DNA from: an uncultured delta proteobacterium
GTDB taxonomy: Bacteria > Desulfobacterota > Binatia > UBA9968
Length of the DNA: 64,000 nt
Assembly (NCBI GenBank): GCA_963771465.1
Contig: CAVYTU010000014.1
Location: 992,001-1,056,000, forward strand
Direction: 5' to 3'
Shown piece after piece: positions 59,285 through 64,000 of the stretch. The notes under the pieces were generated by a model. It was not told the DNA's origin and searched no databases. It worked only from the letters and a program-made list of their open reading frames with translations. The position numbers were made by a program, and so were the translations under genes. The stretch's first letter is position 1; every line of letters starts with the position of its first letter.

Positions 59285-60055
59285 ATGGGTTTATTGGACG
59301 GTAAAAAGGCGGCGATCTTTGGCGTGGCCAATGAGCGGAGCATCGCTTGGGCGATCTCGGAGGCGTTTCACGCCGAGGGCGCGGAGATGGCGTTTACTTT
59401 CGCCGGTGAGATTTTGGAAAAGCGCGTGCGGCCGCTGGCCGAAGGGATCGGCTCGAAGATAATTCTGCCCTGCGACGTGACCAAGGACGAAGAGATCGAC
59501 AAAGTCTTTGCAGCGCTCAAGCAAGAATGGGGCGGGCTCGATATTCTGATCCACGCGATCGCCTTCGCCAACAAAGAGGACTTGTCCAATCCCTACGTGC
59601 AGACGAGCCGAGCCGGCTTTCAACTGGCGATGGACGTGAGCGCCTATTCCTTCGTTGCGTTGGCCCAACGCGCGGCGCCGCTGATGGAAGGCCGGAGCGG
59701 CGCGATTCTCACGTTGACTTACATGGGCTCGGAGAAAGTCATTCCGAATTATAATGTCATGGGCGTCGCCAAGGCGGCGCTGGAGGCGAGCGTGCGTTAT
59801 ATGGCGCATGATCTCGGACCCAAAGGGATTCGCGTCAACGCGATCTCCGCTGGGCCGCTGCGCACGCTGGCCGCGGCGGGCATTTCCGATTTCAAAACCA
59901 TGCTGCACCATGTCGCCGAGCGCGCGCCACTGAAAAGAAACATCGACGCCGAAGAAGTCGGCAAGTCCGCGCTCTATCTGTGCAGCGATTGGGGCAGCGC
60001 GGTGACCGGCGAAGTGGTGCATGTCGACGCCGGCTATAATATTATGGGGATGTGA
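59285..60055 (+). CDS. fabI: Enoyl-ACP reductase
   Basis: GVANERSIAW, HAIAFA, YNVMGVAKAALE, NAISAGP.RTLA. Confidence 0.95.
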   Translation: MGLLDGKKAAIFGVANERSIAWAISEAFHAEGAEMAFTFAGEILEKRVRPLAEGIGSKIILPCDVTKDEEIDKVFAALKQEWGGLDILIHAIAFANKEDLSNPYVQTSRAGFQLAMDVSAYSFVALAQRAAPLMEGRSGAILTLTYMGSEKVIPNYNVMGVAKAALEASVRYMAHDLGPKGIRVNAISAGPLRTLAAAGISDFKTMLHHVAERAPLKRNIDAEEVGKSALYLCSDWGSAVTGEVVHVDAGYNIMGM

Positions 60056-60067
60056 GTAGATTGGGGA

Positions 60068-60129
60068 ATGGAGTGATGGAGAACGAAGTGGAGTCGTTGG
60101 GCTGATTTACCCAAACTCCATCACTCCAT
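60068..60129. repeat. 14-bp perfect inverted repeat built from an octamer unit
   Basis: ATGGAGTGATGGAG (60068-60081) pairs with CTCCATCACTCCAT (60116-60129). Confidence 0.7.
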
Positions 60130-60151
60130 CTCAACATTCCGGAGGGGTTTT

Positions 60152-60592
60152 ATGGCAATCAAAGAAATCACACCGCAAGAGGCAAATGCTACTCTCACTG
60201 CCGATTCGACCGTCGTTTACCTCGACGTGCGCACGGAGCGGGAGTTTGCCAATGGCCATCCGGCAGGCGCGGTCAACATTCCTATCGCCTTTCCCGATCC
60301 GGCGCGCGGCATGATGGCGAATCCGGATTTCGTCAGCGTCGTCGAGAAAAACTTTTCCAAAGACAAGAAAATTATCGTTGGTTGCCAGGCCGGTCCGCGA
60401 TCGACCGCCGCATCACGGATGCTTGAGCAGGCGGGTTTTCAAGACGTTTCCAACATGCTCGGCGGCTTCGGCGGCATGCGCGATCAGATGGGCACGGTGG
60501 TGGCGCCGGGATGGGCGGCTTCGGGGTTGCCGGTGAGTAGCGATAATGGCGAGGGCGTTAGCTACGCTTCGCTTTCAGCAAGGGCGCGCTGA
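60152..60592 (+). CDS. Single-domain rhodanese (sulfurtransferase)
   Basis: YLDVRT..EF..GH..GA.NIP, CQAGPRS active loop. Confidence 0.9.
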   Translation: MAIKEITPQEANATLTADSTVVYLDVRTEREFANGHPAGAVNIPIAFPDPARGMMANPDFVSVVEKNFSKDKKIIVGCQAGPRSTAASRMLEQAGFQDVSNMLGGFGGMRDQMGTVVAPGWAASGLPVSSDNGEGVSYASLSARAR

Positions 60593-60639
60593 AAGCGAAT
60601 TTCAAATTCCAGATTTCAGATTCCAAAACTAGATTGCCG

Positions 60640-61314
60640 ATGAGTCCAGCGCTATATTTTAAGCAGCTCGAAATCGGTCCGATGCAAAACTATGTCTATC
60701 TGATCGGTTCGACCGAGACGCGCAAGGTCGCGGTGGTCGATGCGGCTTGGGAGATCGATACGATTCTCAAGATCGCGGCGCAGGACGAGATGGAAATCAC
60801 CCATGCGTTCGTCACCCACACTCATCCCGATCACGTCGGTGGCGCGTTCGGCGGCGTCGAGATTGCGGGTATCACAGAGCTGCTGGAAAAGTGCAAAGCC
60901 AAAGTGGTGGTGCATAAGGCGGAAGCCGAAGTGCTAAAGGGGTTGGCTTCCTCCGATATCATCAAAACCGACAATGGCGACAAGATCGACGTCGGCGGCG
61001 TGGAAATTCAACTCATGCACACGCCCGGCCACACGCCGGGCTCGCAGTGCTTTCTCGTCGACGGGCGGGTGGTTTCGGGCGACACGATGTTTATCGACGC
61101 CTGCGGCCGAGTGGATTTTCCCGGGGGTAATCCGGAGCAGATGTACTATAGTCTCACGCAAAAATTGATGGCGCTACCCGATGATACGATTCTTTTCCCC
61201 GGCCACAACTACGCGCCAGTCAAGCAGGCCACAATCGGCGAGCAGAAGAAGACTAATCCCTACTTAAAATTCTCGTCGTTGAAACAATTTCTAGCCGCAA
61301 TGGGCTATCGCTGA
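60640..61314 (+). CDS. MBL-fold hydrolase, glyoxalase II/ETHE1-like
   Basis: THTHPDH, HTPGHTPG, SGDT.F, PGHNY. Confidence 0.9.
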   Translation: MSPALYFKQLEIGPMQNYVYLIGSTETRKVAVVDAAWEIDTILKIAAQDEMEITHAFVTHTHPDHVGGAFGGVEIAGITELLEKCKAKVVVHKAEAEVLKGLASSDIIKTDNGDKIDVGGVEIQLMHTPGHTPGSQCFLVDGRVVSGDTMFIDACGRVDFPGGNPEQMYYSLTQKLMALPDDTILFPGHNYAPVKQATIGEQKKTNPYLKFSSLKQFLAAMGYR

Positions 61315-61418
61315 GCACATAACGCTCAGCGAATTAATATTCCAAATTTCATAACTCTGAAATCCGGATTCATTTTGTAATTTGGAATCTGCAATTTTTA
61401 ATACCGAGCCCAGTGAGG

Positions 61419-62474
61419 CTACGGCTTGCCGACGTATTTATTCGTCCAGAGCACGCCCTCTTTATTCGACGGCGCTTGGGACATATCTTTGACGATGCCT
61501 GCGCCGGTGGCAAAATTTATCACCTTTTGCCATCCCGCGTCGCTCATGGTTCCCCAGGCTGGCATGGCGCCGGCGACCATGTTGTAAGAGAGCTCGAAGA
61601 CGTCGTCGGCTAATTTGTCCTTGGTGGACAGCCGATGGCTGCGCAGCGCCGCTTTCGCCTCTTCGGGTTTACTGCGGAACAGCGCGCCGCCGCGCGAGAT
61701 CGCGCGCGCCACCGCCATGGCGATCTTTGGGTTCGCTTCAACGTAGTCAGGGCGCACCATCAAAACCTCGTAGGGGTAATCGGTCAATTCCGGAATTTCT
61801 CCTTTTCCGAGTGGGATCAAGACGTAGCCCTTGCCGCTGGGTTCGGTGATTTCGGCGGAAGGAGGAGAGAGCGCGTAGGCGTCGATCACGTTGTTCATCA
61901 GCGAGGGGGGAAGTTCGGGCGCGCCGATGTAAACGAACTTGAGTACGGTACCACCCGCGCCGGCTTTTTTCACCAGAAATTTAAAAATCTGCTCTGAGGC
62001 CGCGCCCGGTCCGGTGGCGCCGATGGTGCCCAACTGTGTCAGCGCTTTCAGCCGCGCGCCGATTGGGCTTTCACGTGTCACCCCAAGCTTATCGACCAGC
62101 GCCTTGCGCAAGACGACGCTCAAGGTCATCGCGCGGTTGTGCGCTTGAATCGCTATCGCCGGCGCCCCTTCAAGGCGCGCCAGGATGAGTCCCTCTGAAG
62201 TGGACGCACAAAAATTGGTCGAGCGGCCGACCACTGCGTTCAAACAGACCGAGCCGCTGGGCGCGGGCGTGATTTTGACCCGCACGCCCTCCTGCTCGAA
62301 ATATTTCAACTGCTCGGCCACCCAGATCGCTGCAAAAGCGAAATTGGGCACGGCGGTGAGCATGGAGACCTCGGGGAGATCCTTTTGTTGGGCCCTGGTT
62401 TCGGATGTTCCCGCGAAAAGTAAAAAAACGGTCGAAGCGATAATTCCGATGGTGAATCCGGCTCGTTTTTGCAT
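61419..62474 (-). CDS. NitT/TauT-family ABC substrate-binding protein
   Basis: Signal peptide, WVA..LKYFEQEG; sits in an operon with a permease and an ATPase. Confidence 0.85.
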   Translation of the reverse strand: MQKRAGFTIGIIASTVFLLFAGTSETRAQQKDLPEVSMLTAVPNFAFAAIWVAEQLKYFEQEGVRVKITPAPSGSVCLNAVVGRSTNFCASTSEGLILARLEGAPAIAIQAHNRAMTLSVVLRKALVDKLGVTRESPIGARLKALTQLGTIGATGPGAASEQIFKFLVKKAGAGGTVLKFVYIGAPELPPSLMNNVIDAYALSPPSAEITEPSGKGYVLIPLGKGEIPELTDYPYEVLMVRPDYVEANPKIAMAVARAISRGGALFRSKPEEAKAALRSHRLSTKDKLADDVFELSYNMVAGAMPAWGTMSDAGWQKVINFATGAGIVKDMSQAPSNKEGVLWTNKYVGKP

Positions 62475-62492
62475 CGCAAAATCTCCCTTCAT

Positions 62493-63329
62493 CTACGCTT
62501 GGATTTGAATATGTTCCGTTTGGGTCTGCCAGCGCAACGCTCTGCGCTCAATCATTTCCGCGATTCTATCTATGATAATGACCATGATCATCAGCACGAT
62601 GATGCCGACGAACACATCGGCGGTCTTGAATATTCCCGCCGACATTCGAATGAAATATCCAAGACCTTCGGTTGACGCAACAAATTCACCGACGATGGCG
62701 CCGATGACGGCGAATGGGATGCTGGTGCGAATTCCCGTGAAGACGTAGGGAGAAATAGCCGGAAAAATTACCTTGAACGTGAGCTTCCACCCTTTCACGC
62801 CCATCAGTCTCGCCAAGTCTACATACTCCTGGTCCATCTGGCGCATGCCCGTGTAGGTGTTAAAAAAATTGAGAAAGAATGTCAGGAGAAAAACCACGCC
62901 GACTTTGGACCACAGGCCGATGCCCAACCAAACGATGAAAAGCGGCGCCAGCGCTGTGCGCGGGATACCGTTGAGCGCAATAATGATCGGCTCGAAAATT
63001 TCCGCCAGCAGCTTGCTGCGTCCGAAGGCATAGCCAAGAGAGATACCGGCAATCGCCCCGACGGGAAAACCGATGGCGATCTCCACGAAAGTTACCCAGG
63101 TATGTTGCAATAGGTCGCCCGTCTGGAAACCGGCGATCAGTGAGGAAAAGATGCGACTCGGGCTGCTAATCAGAAAGGGCTCGATCCACGGTCCCGAAGC
63201 GATTTGCCAGAGCAGCAGAAAGCCGCCGATGATAGCGAAACGGACTACGATGACGCCCACCGCACGCTTCGAACGGCCGGCACTCCTGGAAGGCGTCCGT
63301 CGAGATTGCTCTTCGCTTAGGTCCGGCAT
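62493..63329 (-). CDS. NitT/TauT-family ABC permease
   Basis: IPRTALAPLF..W.G.G, GAIVGEF...EGLG. Confidence 0.92.
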   Translation of the reverse strand: MPDLSEEQSRRTPSRSAGRSKRAVGVIVVRFAIIGGFLLLWQIASGPWIEPFLISSPSRIFSSLIAGFQTGDLLQHTWVTFVEIAIGFPVGAIAGISLGYAFGRSKLLAEIFEPIIIALNGIPRTALAPLFIVWLGIGLWSKVGVVFLLTFFLNFFNTYTGMRQMDQEYVDLARLMGVKGWKLTFKVIFPAISPYVFTGIRTSIPFAVIGAIVGEFVASTEGLGYFIRMSAGIFKTADVFVGIIVLMIMVIIIDRIAEMIERRALRWQTQTEHIQIQA

Positions 63330-63341
63330 AAGGCTGGTTTC

Positions 63342-64000
63342 TTAACGCGCGCTGAGATTAAGCTCATGGCGAAAAATATTCCATAAGCGGCTGTAGGCTT
63401 CGTCGAAACCTTCTTGGCGGTGAATCTCAAAAATATTTCGCGGCCGGGCCATCGGCACCTGGATGATGTCTTTGATTTTTCCGGGGCGGTGAGTCATCAC
63501 GACCACCCGGTCGGCGAGCGCAACCGCTTCGACGAGATCGTGCGTGACGAAGACGATGGTCTGGCGCTTCTGCTCCCATATTTTTAAAAGCTCGTCCTGC
63601 AGCACCATGCGGGTCTGTGCGTCCAACGGACCGAATGGCTCATCCATCAAAATGACCGGCGGCTCGTAGGCTAATGCGCGGACAATGGAGGCGCGCTTGC
63701 TCATACCGCCCGACAATTGCGCCGGGTAATATTTTTCAAATCCGGCGAGGCCCGCCAGCTTGATGAATTGACTGACTTGCCGCTCTCGGTCTGCGCGCGA
63801 ATATCGTTTGGAATCGAGGCCGAAGCCGACGTTTTCTTCCACGGTGAGCCAGGGAAAGAGCTTGCTTTCCTGGGGCACGTACCCGACTCGAGTATTGAGG
63901 CCGCGCACCTCATCGCCTTGAAAGAGAATGCGACCGGCGGAAGGCGGCGAAAATCCGGCGATGAGCTTGAGCAGTGTCGATTTGCCGCAACCGCTGGGGC
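63342..64000 (-). CDS. NitT/TauT-family ABC ATPase (5' end lies outside the window)
   Basis: PSGCGKST Walker A at the window edge, LSGGM, LMDEPF, FVTHD. Confidence 0.92.
   Translation of the reverse strand, partial: PSGCGKSTLLKLIAGFSPPSAGRILFQGDEVRGLNTRVGYVPQESKLFPWLTVEENVGFGLDSKRYSRADRERQVSQFIKLAGLAGFEKYYPAQLSGGMSKRASIVRALAYEPPVILMDEPFGPLDAQTRMVLQDELLKIWEQKRQTIVFVTHDLVEAVALADRVVVMTHRPGKIKDIIQVPMARPRNIFEIHRQEGFDEAYSRLWNIFRHELNLSAR

Overview
A bacterial chromosomal segment of moderately high GC, densely coding, with no rRNA, tRNA, CRISPR array or intact transposase that I can see. The gene content is 14 solute-binding-protein genes served by almost no membrane components, six amidohydrolase_2 paralogs, and MmgE/PrpD, CoA-transferase, TctC and PF04392-type binding proteins. 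This is what I would expect of Candidatus Binatia or a similar uncultured deltaproteobacterial lineage (inference only). Several genes carry single-base indels, which look like long-read assembly errors or strain mixing. The strongest candidate for an undescribed system is a three-gene operon at 21592-24473 on the minus strand. It encodes a short, divergent BoxB/PaaA-type diiron (aryl-CoA epoxidase-like) protein, a thioredoxin-like [2Fe-2S] (NuoE-domain) ferredoxin and a stand-alone NuoF-like flavoprotein. It has its own sigma70-type promoter, an overlapping perfect 22-bp palindrome whose core matches the Thermus PaaR operator consensus as I recall it, and a terminator. Other points of interest are a 17.5-kb catabolic run containing an intact/degenerate amidohydrolase pair, a 171-nt intergenic long hairpin, an unusual two-domain VOC protein, a low-GC FRG-domain gene, a diverged tandem duplication in an AlkA-like gene, and several REP-like or heptamer repeats. 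All annotations come from motif recognition; no database searches were run.
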